Source: Candidatus Latescibacterota bacterium
GTDB lineage: Bacteria; Latescibacterota; UBA2968; UBA8231
Reading direction: 5' to 3'
NCBI GenBank assembly: GCA_965219385.1
Contig: CBDCNM010000002.1
Coordinates: 1 to 32,638, forward strand
Length of the DNA stretch: 32,638 nt
Each line of letters starts with the position of its first letter. Position 1 is the stretch's first letter. The translations under genes were made by a program, and so were the position numbers. Shown one piece after another: positions 1-8,548 of this stretch. The notes below the pieces were generated by a model. That model saw only the letters and a program-made list of their open reading frames with translations, did no database searches and had not been told where the DNA came from.

Positions 1-520
1 GGCCCACGTGCTGTCGGGGACGGATATGCTCTCGCGCTTCACCGTGGAGTGGGTCCGCCAGGTGCTGCGCACCGGGCAGGCCAACCGCCACAGCGCCCTC
101 TACATGAGCGACGGCACCGAGTTGTGGCACCCGATCGAAGCGGCAGCCGAAAGCCCGGATCAGCCGTGCAGCGTGTGCGACCTGGACGGCCGGCCGTGGT
201 ATTACCAGCCCAACGACGCGCGCGACCTAGCACATTGCCTGGTGTGCGCCCTGGAAGAAGACGCGGCCCTCGGGGAATCTTTCAATGTGGGGGGACCGGT
301 GCCCTTCACCTACCCGGAAAGGGCGCAGCTCACCGCCGAGAAGACCGGCCGCGCCCCCCTGGAGATCCGTCTGCCGGTGCGCTGGCGCTACGACCACGAC
401 ATTACCAAAGCGAAGACCTGGATCGGCTACCGGCCCCGGGGCGATCTGCGGACCATGATGGAGTCGGCCTGGCTGTGCGCTGAAGGGAAAGACGACTACA
501 CCTGGGAAGGGACGGGATAA
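1..520 (+). CDS. NAD-dependent epimerase/dehydratase (extended SDR), C-terminal part, 5'-truncated by the window edge
   Basis: The ORF contains RDLAH...GESFNVGG...DITKAKTWIGYRP, typical of extended SDR C-termini. The frame is open to the window start. Confidence 0.65.
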   Translation, partial: AHVLSGTDMLSRFTVEWVRQVLRTGQANRHSALYMSDGTELWHPIEAAAESPDQPCSVCDLDGRPWYYQPNDARDLAHCLVCALEEDAALGESFNVGGPVPFTYPERAQLTAEKTGRAPLEIRLPVRWRYDHDITKAKTWIGYRPRGDLRTMMESAWLCAEGKDDYTWEGTG

Positions 521-537
521 TCGATATCCTTCGACTC

Positions 538-898
538 ATGAAAAAAATCCTGATCGTAGAAGACGTGGAAATGAACCGCGATCTCCTGGTCCAACTCCTC
601 GAGGACGACTACGAACTGGTCGAAGCCGTGGACGGCCAGCAGGGCCTGGAGATGGCCCTGCTGGAAAAACCCGACCTGATCCTCCTGGACGTGGGTCTGC
701 CCGAGATGGACGGCTGGGAGGTGGCTCAGAAGATCCGCGCCGACGCAGCCCTCGGAGGACACCCCCATCATCGCGGTCACGGCCCACGCCATGGCCGGCG
801 ACCAAGACAAGGCCCTTCAGGTCGGCTGCAACGACTACATCGCCAAGCCCATCGACGAGGACGAACTCTGGGAGAAAGTCGAAAAGCACATCGCCTAG
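538..898 (+). pseudogene. Single-domain response regulator (DivK/CheY-like) with a +1 frameshift near 751-760
   Basis: MKKILIVEDVEMN...[15 protein letters not shown] continues in another frame as [45 protein letters not shown] (TAG 896-898). It could be a true frameshift or a sequencing error. Confidence 0.8.
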
Positions 899-935
899 AA
901 GTTGTTAAACCGCTTCTAAACAAACAGGAGAAGAA

Positions 936-2303
936 ATGCCCGACCCCGCGACCATACTCATCGTCGACGACGAACCCTTCAACGTCAATCTACTCGAACA
1001 ACAACTCGAAGAGCAGGGGTACCAGACCTGCGTGGCCTACGGCGGCGCCGAAGCCCTTGAAAGGCTCGAGAAGGACCGGCCCGACCTGGTGCTGCTGGAC
1101 TGGATGATGCCCGGCGTGAACGGCATCCAGGTCCTCGAAAAAATGCGCGTCGCCCCCCAGTGGCGCGCCACCCCGGTGATCATGTTGACCGCCCGCACCA
1201 CCACCGAGGACAAGGTCGCCGGCCTGGACGCCGGGGCCGACGATTACGTCACCAAACCCATCGACGAAGCCGAGCTGTGGACCCGGATCCGCGCCATGCT
1301 GCGGATCGCCCACCTGGAGCAGGAGAACCTTTCTCTGCGCCAGCAGATCGAAGGCCGCGCCCAGTTCCCAGGGGTCGTCGGCAAGAGCCGGGCCATGGAA
1401 GCGGTCTACACCCTGCTGGAAAAGGTGGTCGACAGCGACGCCACCGTGCTTTTGAGCGGCGAGACTGGCACCGGCAAGGAGGTCCTGGCCCGCAACATCC
1501 ACCAGCAGGGGGCGCGCCGGGACAAACCCTTTGTCACCGTCAACTGCGGGGCCCTGGCCGAACATCTCCTCGAAAGCGAACTCTTCGGCCACAAAAAAGG
1601 CGCTTTCACCGACGCGGCCAGCGACCGGCCGGGCCTGTTCGAAACCGCAAACGGGGGCACCCTCTTCCTGGACGAGATCGGCGAGACCACCCCGGCTCTG
1701 CAGGTAAGGCTGTTGCGCGCCATCCAGGAGGGCGAGATCCGCCGGGTCGGCGAGGACCACAACCGCCAGGTCGACGTACGGGTCATCGCCGCCACCCACC
1801 ACGACCTCAAGCGGGAAGTGGAGGTGGGCCGCTTCCGCGAGGATCTTTACTACCGCCTGAGCGTCTTTCCAATTGACCTTCCGCCCCTGCGCCAGCGCCG
1901 CGAAGACATTCCGGACCTGGCCCTGCACTTCCTGGCCCAGCAACAAAAACGCGAGGCGCCGGCACCCTCCGGCTTCACTCCCCCGGCCCTGGACGCCCTG
2001 TGCGCCCACGACTGGCCCGGCAATATCCGCGAACTGCAGAACGAGGTGGAACGCGCCGCCCTGCTGGGCGGCGGCGAGGAGCGCATCGACAGCGCCCACA
2101 TCTCGGAGAGAATCCACCCCGGCGCAGCACCCCAGGTCCCCCGAAGCGGGAAACTCAAAGAGGTCCTCGCCCAGGTGGAATGCGAACTGATCGCCCAGGC
2201 CCTGCAGCGCCACGACGGCAACCGCACCCACGCCGCCCAGGACTTGGGCACGAGCCGCTGGGGCCTGGTACAGAAAATCAAAGCCTACCAGATCGACGGC
2301 TGA
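936..2303 (+). CDS. Sigma-54-dependent NtrC/AtoC-family response regulator (REC-AAA+-Fis HTH)
   Basis: REC domain, GETGTGKE Walker A, ESELFGHKKGAFTDA, LFLDEIGE, FREDLYYRL, WPGNIRELQN and a C-terminal HTH. RBS AGGAG upstream. Confidence 0.95.
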   Translation: MPDPATILIVDDEPFNVNLLEQQLEEQGYQTCVAYGGAEALERLEKDRPDLVLLDWMMPGVNGIQVLEKMRVAPQWRATPVIMLTARTTTEDKVAGLDAGADDYVTKPIDEAELWTRIRAMLRIAHLEQENLSLRQQIEGRAQFPGVVGKSRAMEAVYTLLEKVVDSDATVLLSGETGTGKEVLARNIHQQGARRDKPFVTVNCGALAEHLLESELFGHKKGAFTDAASDRPGLFETANGGTLFLDEIGETTPALQVRLLRAIQEGEIRRVGEDHNRQVDVRVIAATHHDLKREVEVGRFREDLYYRLSVFPIDLPPLRQRREDIPDLALHFLAQQQKREAPAPSGFTPPALDALCAHDWPGNIRELQNEVERAALLGGGEERIDSAHISERIHPGAAPQVPRSGKLKEVLAQVECELIAQALQRHDGNRTHAAQDLGTSRWGLVQKIKAYQIDG

Positions 2304-2382
2304 CGCGGAGGAATAATGCTGCACCCGACCACCTACCACCCCCTAGCAGTCTGTAGCGGAAAACGCCGGGAGAGATTAGTCT

Positions 2383-3132
2383 ATGGGCGCGACATTCATT
2401 GCTGATTTTGAGGCCTATATGCCGGCCGAATTCAACGGAGAGCCCTATGGCAAAGCAGGGTTGCTCACGGTGGCCGATCAGGCCGGAATCGACACCTGCG
2501 TGGTCTTTCCCGGCGAGCTGCCGCCGGATCCGCGCCAGACCAACGCCAACCTGCTCGGCGAGAGCAAAGGCGAAGACCGCATCCTGCCGGGATGCCTCAT
2601 CAACCCGACCATGGGACCGGCGGCCGGCGACGACTTGCAGCGCTGCGTAGAGGCCGGCGCCCGAACCTTCAAGCTGATGGCCGCGGCGCACGGCTACCGA
2701 CTCGACTCGGCCTGCGTGGACCCGGTTATGGATCTTGCCGCGACCCTGGACCTGCCGGCGACGATCCACTCGGGCTCGCCGGTGAGCGGGTCTTCGCCGG
2801 AGTACATCGGCACCCTGGCACTGCGCCATCCGGACGTGAAAATCATCATGGACCACATGGGCTACCGCGAGTGGATCGGCCTGGCCGTGCAGGCCGCCGT
2901 GGAGAACCCGGGGATCTACCTGGGCACCACCCTCATCGCCGCGGCCGAGCCGATCACCATCAAGGAAATCGTGCGCCAGGGGCAGCTCGGCGCCGAGCGC
3001 ATCGTCTTTGGCACCAACGCCCCGAGCGGGGTGGCCGCAAACGGGGTCAACGGCATCCGTAGTGTCGGTTTTGCGCCCGCGGAGGAAGCTCTTATCCTCG
3101 GGGGTAATCTGAAGGCGATTTACGGCATTTAG
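2383..3132 (+). CDS. Amidohydrolase_2-family TIM-barrel protein with degenerate metal ligands
   Basis: AGIDTCVVF, TIHSG, IIMDHMG, ERIVFGTNAP and LILGGNLKAIYGI match the family pattern. Confidence 0.75.
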   Translation: MGATFIADFEAYMPAEFNGEPYGKAGLLTVADQAGIDTCVVFPGELPPDPRQTNANLLGESKGEDRILPGCLINPTMGPAAGDDLQRCVEAGARTFKLMAAAHGYRLDSACVDPVMDLAATLDLPATIHSGSPVSGSSPEYIGTLALRHPDVKIIMDHMGYREWIGLAVQAAVENPGIYLGTTLIAAAEPITIKEIVRQGQLGAERIVFGTNAPSGVAANGVNGIRSVGFAPAEEALILGGNLKAIYGI

Positions 3133-3147
3133 AACGGAGATACAAAA

Positions 3148-4131
3148 ATGGAACAGGTGCGCTGGGGCATCATTGGTTGCGGCAATGTCACCGAGGTCAA
3201 GAGCGGGCCGGCCTTCGGCAAGTGCCAGGGTTCGGAGTTGGTGGCGGTCATGCGGCGCAGTAGAGAAAAAGCACAGGACTACGCCCGGCGCCACAAGGCG
3301 CCCAAGTGGTACAACGACGCTGAAGCCCTGATCCACGACCCGGATGTCAATGCCGTCTACGTAGCCACGCCGCCCGCCTGGCACGCCGAGTACACCCTCA
3401 AAGCCGTCCGCGCCGGCAAACCGGTCTACGTCGAAAAACCCATGGCCCGCAATCACGGGGAATGCCGGCAGATGATCGAGGCCTGCCAGACGGGCGGCGT
3501 GCCGCTGTTCGTGGCCTACTACCGCCGCGGTCTGCCGGCCTTCCTGAAGGTGAAGGAACTGGTCAATTCCGGAGCCATAGGCGAGGTGCGTTTCGCGACC
3601 ATTGCCCTGTACCAGCCTCCATGCAGAGACGACCAGGCCCCTGACAACCTGCCCTGGCGCGTCCTCCCCGAGATCTCCGGCGCCGGTTATTTCTTCGATC
3701 TGGGTTCGCACCAGCTCGACGTTCTGGACTACCTCCTCGGTCCCATCGCCGCGGCCCGCGGCCAGACGGCCAACCAGGCGGGGCACTACCCGGCCGAGGA
3801 CATCGTCACTGCCGAGTTCACATTCGAATCCGGCATCCTGGGCAGCGGGCTCTGGTGCTTCACCGCTTCCGAACCGAGCCGCCTGGAGCGCACCGAACTC
3901 ATCGGCACCAAAGGAAAAATCGCCTACTCCTGTTTCGACCTGGACGCGCCGGTCCTCCTGAAGACCGGCCAGAGCAGCGAAAAACTCCATTTCCTCCCTC
4001 CCGAGCACGTACAGCAACCCTTGATTCAGACCATCGTGGACGAGCTGCGCGGAGAGGGGAAATGCCCCAGCACCGGCCTCAGTGCGGCGCGCACCAGCCG
4101 CGTCATGGATGCGATAATCGGGAGATTATAG
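3148..4131 (+). CDS. Gfo/Idh/MocA-family oxidoreductase
   Basis: WGIIGCGNV, VYVATPP, VYVEKPMA, DLGSHQLD. Confidence 0.93.
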   Translation: MEQVRWGIIGCGNVTEVKSGPAFGKCQGSELVAVMRRSREKAQDYARRHKAPKWYNDAEALIHDPDVNAVYVATPPAWHAEYTLKAVRAGKPVYVEKPMARNHGECRQMIEACQTGGVPLFVAYYRRGLPAFLKVKELVNSGAIGEVRFATIALYQPPCRDDQAPDNLPWRVLPEISGAGYFFDLGSHQLDVLDYLLGPIAAARGQTANQAGHYPAEDIVTAEFTFESGILGSGLWCFTASEPSRLERTELIGTKGKIAYSCFDLDAPVLLKTGQSSEKLHFLPPEHVQQPLIQTIVDELRGEGKCPSTGLSAARTSRVMDAIIGRL

Positions 4132-4347
4132 GATACCGACTGGTTCAGACCTCTTTGACGGGGAACAATGGACGCTGGCACAACTTGATTGGTCGAGTAT
4201 ATTGAGTAGGTTGGACCGACAGATTTTAGTCTGTGAACAACTGGGCATAGGGGATTCCGAGATTACTGTTGGTGGGCAAGCCTACCTGCGCCCAGGTATG
4301 GACGAGTAGCTCATCTGTAGAGCAGCATAAACAGACAGGCGAACGAC

Positions 4348-5349
4348 ATGAAAAAAAAACTGGCCACCTACCAGCAGGCAAACCGCAAAGCCACCGACTG
4401 GCTCCTCGGCTTCGCCAACCCCGACGGCTCCATCGGCCCCGTCGAGGACCACCTCTACTATTACCGCCTCCCCTGGGCCCTTGTCCAGATGGGTGAAATT
4501 ACCGCCTCCAATCGCCTCCTGGACTGGATCCGCCGGCACATGTTCACCTCACAGGGCGCTTTTGAAGGGGTATCGCCTCAGGGGGTTTTTCAGACCCGCT
4601 ACGGCTCCTATCCCCTGGCCTGCCTCCTGGTCGGCGCCACCTTGATGCAGCGCTTCGATCTCATCTACCCTGGCACCCGCCACCTGCTCACCTGGCAGGA
4701 CCCCGAATCCGGCGGGTTCTACAACAACCGCCAGGACACCGGCCCCACTAGCCAGCAGGAACTCTTCCCCGCCGCCCAGGGCGGCATGAGCTTGCTCCTG
4801 GTCGGCCAGCTCGAAGCCGCCCGCAAGGCCGGCGAGTTCCTCGCGCGCCTGTGGGCGCTGCAGCCGGACGTCGAGCACCGGCTCTACCACGTGTACAGCC
4901 CGACCCAAGGCCTGGTCACGGACTACCCCGCGGAAGACGAAGCCTTCTACCTCACCAGAAAGGACGACCCCTATCAACACCACTTCAACGGCGGCATTGC
5001 CGCGGCCTTGCTGGCCAAGCTCTACATGGCCACCGGCGAAGCGCGCTGGCTGGAACTGGCGCAACACTACCAGGACTTCTCCATGACCACGCATCCATGC
5101 CAGTTCCAGTCCATGCAGACCTGCAAGTCGGGCTGGGGGTCGGGATTGCTCTACATGGTCACGCGAGAGGCGCGCTACCGCGACTGGACCGTGCGTTTGG
5201 GCGACTGGTTCGTCGAGCACCAGACCGAGGACGGACACTGGGAGAACACTAGGCACTGGACCCCCGATCCAACCCTTGCCGACAACATCCACATCACCGC
5301 CGAGTTCGTCATGCACCTGGGCCACATCATCGCCTACCTCTCGGTTTGA
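4348..5349 (+). CDS. Hypothetical protein, probable (alpha/alpha)-barrel fold
   Basis: 333-aa ORF with GC-rich codon usage and repeated QW-like segments (WLLGFANPDGS, LLTWQDPESGGF, WFVEHQTEDGHW). The function is not assignable. Confidence 0.6.
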   Translation: MKKKLATYQQANRKATDWLLGFANPDGSIGPVEDHLYYYRLPWALVQMGEITASNRLLDWIRRHMFTSQGAFEGVSPQGVFQTRYGSYPLACLLVGATLMQRFDLIYPGTRHLLTWQDPESGGFYNNRQDTGPTSQQELFPAAQGGMSLLLVGQLEAARKAGEFLARLWALQPDVEHRLYHVYSPTQGLVTDYPAEDEAFYLTRKDDPYQHHFNGGIAAALLAKLYMATGEARWLELAQHYQDFSMTTHPCQFQSMQTCKSGWGSGLLYMVTREARYRDWTVRLGDWFVEHQTEDGHWENTRHWTPDPTLADNIHITAEFVMHLGHIIAYLSV

Positions 5350-5429
5350 GCCGCTGCTCCTGGACGATTATCGCAAGGCGGTAACTCATTGCGTATAATA
5401 TTCGTGCAGTATTTCAGATGTCCCACTGA

Positions 5430-5494
5430 GAAGCTTGGTGCGCCCCGAGCCCGGCTGCAAAAGCGAAGGCCGACGGGGGTTTTGAGACGGCTTC
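5430..5494 (+). repeat. GAAGCCGTC palindromic repeat/MITE copy with a degenerate left arm (65 bp)
   Basis: The right arm GGGGGTTTTGAGACGGCTTC is followed by TTA, and the left side reads TGA|GAAGC. It is the same length as the copy at 17541-17605. Confidence 0.7.
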
Positions 5495-5521
5495 TTAGGT
5501 CAACCTGCCAGGCAAGGAGAC

Positions 5522-6958
5522 ATGACCCCTGATACAACCGTCGCCGTGATCGGCGCCGGTATTTCCGGCCTGGTCACCGCCCATTTTCTGGCGGAAAAAG
5601 GCCTCAATCCCCACCTCGTCGAGACCCGGGAGCGCGCCGGCGGCACCATCCGCACCACCCGCATCAACGGCTTCCTGGTGGAGCACGGCCCCAACAGCGC
5701 CCAGGATACCACCCCGCTGCTGCGCCGGTTGTGCGCTGATCTGGGCATCGAGGAAACCCTCGAATATCCCGGTGCCAAGGCCAGGAATCGCTACGTGGTG
5801 CGCGCCGGGACCCTCCATCCTCTGCCCCTGAGTCCTCCGGCCATGATCAGGAGCAGGCTTTTTTCGACCCGCGCCAAACTGCGCCTGCTCGCGGAGCCCT
5901 TTATCCCCCCCGCTCCCTCGGCGGCCGAGGAGACCCTGGCCGAATTCACCCAGCGCCGCCTGGGCCGCGAATTTCTCGACTACGCCATCGACCCCTTTGT
6001 GGCCGGGGTCTATGCCGGACGCCCGGAGGACCTGAGCGTGCGCAGCGGTTTCCCCCGGCTCTACCGGCTGGAGCAGCGCTACGGCAGCCTCACCAAGGGC
6101 GCCATCCTGGGAGTGCGGGAGCGCCGCAAAAGGCGGGAGGAGTCCGGACGGACCGCCCCGCTCTTTTCCTTCAGGGACGGGATGCAGACCCTGGTGGACG
6201 CGCTCGTCCAACAGCGCCCGGAGGCGCTTCACACCAACACCACGGTAAAGGCCATCCGCAAGCTGGAACAAGGTTTTGAACTGGATCTGGAACAGGCGGA
6301 CAAAAACTGGCGGCTCCAGGCCCGCGCCCTGGTCCTCACCATCCCGGCCCACGCCTGCCAGAACCTGGATTTCCAGTTTGAAATTGAGCTCAAAGAGGCG
6401 CTCCGGCCCATCCACTACCCGCCGGTCAGCCTGGTTTTTTTCGGCTACCGGGAAGCGGCCGGCGGCCGGCCCCTGGACGGCTTCGGCTTTCTGGTGCCGC
6501 GCCTGGAACGGCGCCAGATCCTGGGAACCATCTGGAACTCCACCCTGTTTTCCAACCGGGCTCCGCAGGGCGGCGTCGCCCTTTCCACCTTTGTGGGCGG
6601 CAGCCGCCAGCCCGAAAACGCCGGATGGTCCGACGCCCGCCTGGTCGACGCGGTCTACCAGGACCTGCGGGACTTGCTGGGCATCCACGAAAGACCGGAC
6701 GAGGTCCTGATCCAGCGCTGGCCGCGCGCCATCCCCCAGTACCGGCTGGGCCACCAGCAATTCGTCGACACCCTGAGCACCCTGGAAGAGCGGCACCCCG
6801 GGCTCTACATATCGGGCAATTTCCGCAACGGCATTTCAGTAGGGGATTGCCTCGAGCAAGCCCACGCCCTCAGCGCCCGTATAGCCGCGGAATCGGCAGA
6901 CCGCGAAACTAATGTAAACAACATGCGGGGCTCGAAGCCGTCTAAGAAGCCGTCTTAA
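5522..6958 (+). CDS. hemG: Protoporphyrinogen/coproporphyrinogen oxidase (HemY-type)
   Basis: VAVIGAGISGL FAD motif, EHGPNS, PFVAGVYAG, GFGFLVP, AIPQY. RBS AAGGAG. Confidence 0.93.
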   Translation: MTPDTTVAVIGAGISGLVTAHFLAEKGLNPHLVETRERAGGTIRTTRINGFLVEHGPNSAQDTTPLLRRLCADLGIEETLEYPGAKARNRYVVRAGTLHPLPLSPPAMIRSRLFSTRAKLRLLAEPFIPPAPSAAEETLAEFTQRRLGREFLDYAIDPFVAGVYAGRPEDLSVRSGFPRLYRLEQRYGSLTKGAILGVRERRKRREESGRTAPLFSFRDGMQTLVDALVQQRPEALHTNTTVKAIRKLEQGFELDLEQADKNWRLQARALVLTIPAHACQNLDFQFEIELKEALRPIHYPPVSLVFFGYREAAGGRPLDGFGFLVPRLERRQILGTIWNSTLFSNRAPQGGVALSTFVGGSRQPENAGWSDARLVDAVYQDLRDLLGIHERPDEVLIQRWPRAIPQYRLGHQQFVDTLSTLEERHPGLYISGNFRNGISVGDCLEQAHALSARIAAESADRETNVNNMRGSKPSKKPS

Positions 6959-6998
6959 AATTCCGGGTTCGGGGCGCCGGGGGTTTTGAGACGGCTTC
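6946..6998 (+). repeat. Complete 53-bp palindromic MITE-like repeat with TAA duplication, nested behind a solo arm (6934-6942)
   Basis: TAA|GAAGCCGTCTTAAAATTCCGG...CCGGGGGTTTTGAGACGGCTTC|TAA, with a 19-bp stem containing three G-T pairs. Confidence 0.85.
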
Positions 6999-8422
6999 TA
7001 AAGACCATACCTGTAACCCAAAGACCATCTGAACCGCCCCGAAAAACCAGAAAAATCATCCTCCAGAGCCATTCTGATTCTTTTGAATTCATCTACTTGA
7101 TCAAAAAGCCCTGAAGTCTCCAGACTCATAAGGTCCAAATCAAGCCTGTGCCTTCCAGCCCGGTCCCATATCCACTCCAGCCCATACCCCGTCGTCAGTC
7201 CCGTGTAGCTTTTCTTCTTGACGAGCACCTCTTTGCGGTGGTCGAGTATCTTTTCCGCGGCATTGGTTCCATAGTAGGCCGATACCCTGAAACGCAGTGT
7301 ATTTCCAATATCCCCAACATAGCATTTAGCACCAATGCTGTAACCAACACCGGCAAATTTCGGCGTGCCCAGGCCCCCTGATAAATAGAGATTTCCCGCA
7401 ATCCGGGTATCGGCGTTCACCCCGGCCGTTCCACCAAAAGGAATCCCCGCCCCCACGCCTAGAGAGCCGTTCCTGAGAAAGCTGCGGCCGGTCTGCCGGA
7501 CGTCTGTAGTAAACCGACCACTGCCTGGTTGTCGGGCCTTTGTACCAAGGTTCGAGAAAAGTCCCATGGTCAGCTGGTGCCCGGCCGGGAAGTTGCGTCC
7601 ATTGAGGGTGAGCCGCCCCCCGAACTCCAGGGCTGTATCGTCGACAAGACCATAGACCAGGCTGGGATTGAAGTACGTAATGCGCTTGATCTGAGAACTA
7701 TTTTCGAACAAACCGAACTCTATGGAAGGATCGCTGCGCAACATCTCGAATTTTCCTGTCAACAAAGCCCGACGGGTAATGTTGTAACCCAGTTCGGCAG
7801 TGAGGAACCACTCATCCCCGGGATCGCGATCGATCTCGATATTCTCCATCCGCACCCGATAGCCCACGTCGACATTGCCGTACAGAGGCAAAGGCCAGAA
7901 GGAGCGTCCGAGCTGACCGACAAAATCGAAATCCCACTGCCCTTCGCCCACGGGTATGAGCCCGTCCTCATTTTCGAACCTTCCCGTGGGCATCTTGGCC
8001 CCGGCCTTCAGCGTGAAGAGCACTGGCTTCTGGAGCGCGCGCCACTTGACGAACCGCCGCATGTCGCTGAAACCCGCCTCAGAGGGCGGCACGGCACGGG
8101 TATCGTCCGAAAAAAACTGATCGAAATAAGGGATCTGCACGCCCAGATCCAGACGGTCGGTAATGCCGTAAAAAACCTCTATGAAAACAGCCTTTGAGTC
8201 GTACTCGCCGTTGAACCGGTAGGCTACGCGATCCCCTTCCTGGCGCCATTCGCCGTCTGAAAATTCCCGGTTGGCAAGGTACCATTCGTCTGCGCTTTGT
8301 TGAAAAAACGCGACCTTGCTCCACAGCTTGCCCTGGGGCAAGGTCCAGGCTCCGGGCCACACCGTTGCCGGCCAGGCCGTCAGGCAACCCAACCAGAACA
8401 TACCGATCAGACGCTTCGACAT
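6998..8422 (-). CDS. Outer-membrane beta-barrel protein, probably two barrel-like domains
   Basis: Signal peptide MSKRLIGMFWLGCLTAWPATVWPGAW with RBS GAGGTG, amphipathic beta-strands, AKMPTG...PVGEGQWD, and a C-terminal RWSLGYRY. An alternative start lies at 8482. Confidence 0.65.
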   Translation of the reverse strand: MSKRLIGMFWLGCLTAWPATVWPGAWTLPQGKLWSKVAFFQQSADEWYLANREFSDGEWRQEGDRVAYRFNGEYDSKAVFIEVFYGITDRLDLGVQIPYFDQFFSDDTRAVPPSEAGFSDMRRFVKWRALQKPVLFTLKAGAKMPTGRFENEDGLIPVGEGQWDFDFVGQLGRSFWPLPLYGNVDVGYRVRMENIEIDRDPGDEWFLTAELGYNITRRALLTGKFEMLRSDPSIEFGLFENSSQIKRITYFNPSLVYGLVDDTALEFGGRLTLNGRNFPAGHQLTMGLFSNLGTKARQPGSGRFTTDVRQTGRSFLRNGSLGVGAGIPFGGTAGVNADTRIAGNLYLSGGLGTPKFAGVGYSIGAKCYVGDIGNTLRFRVSAYYGTNAAEKILDHRKEVLVKKKSYTGLTTGYGLEWIWDRAGRHRLDLDLMSLETSGLFDQVDEFKRIRMALEDDFSGFSGRFRWSLGYRYGL

Positions 8423-8492
8423 GGGGCACCTCGGCAAATTTCCGCTCTCAAATTCCAGTTGGCCTTCTGTCTCGATTTGCATAATTTATAAA

Positions 8493-8507
8493 TCAGACGG
8501 CTTCTTA
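8493..8507 (-). repeat. Solo arm of the GAAGCCGTC repeat
   Basis: The + strand TCAGACGGCTTCTTA is the reverse complement of TAAGAAGCCGTCTGA. Confidence 0.7.
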
Positions 8508-8548
8508 GACCAAGCACTGGATGGATCGACAACCCGAAAATCACCCAC

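Noticed and set aside
1590..1620. GAFTDA instead of GAFTGA in the sigma-54 activator
   Set aside because: A common natural variant.
990..4017. Long antisense ORFs (990-2339, 2278-4017; likewise 5495-6796, 8486-9724, 29180-30214)
   Set aside because: Shadow ORFs of GC-rich genes with no recognisable motifs.
4176..4192. TGGCAC as a sigma-54 promoter
   Set aside because: There is no TTGC at the required -12 spacing.
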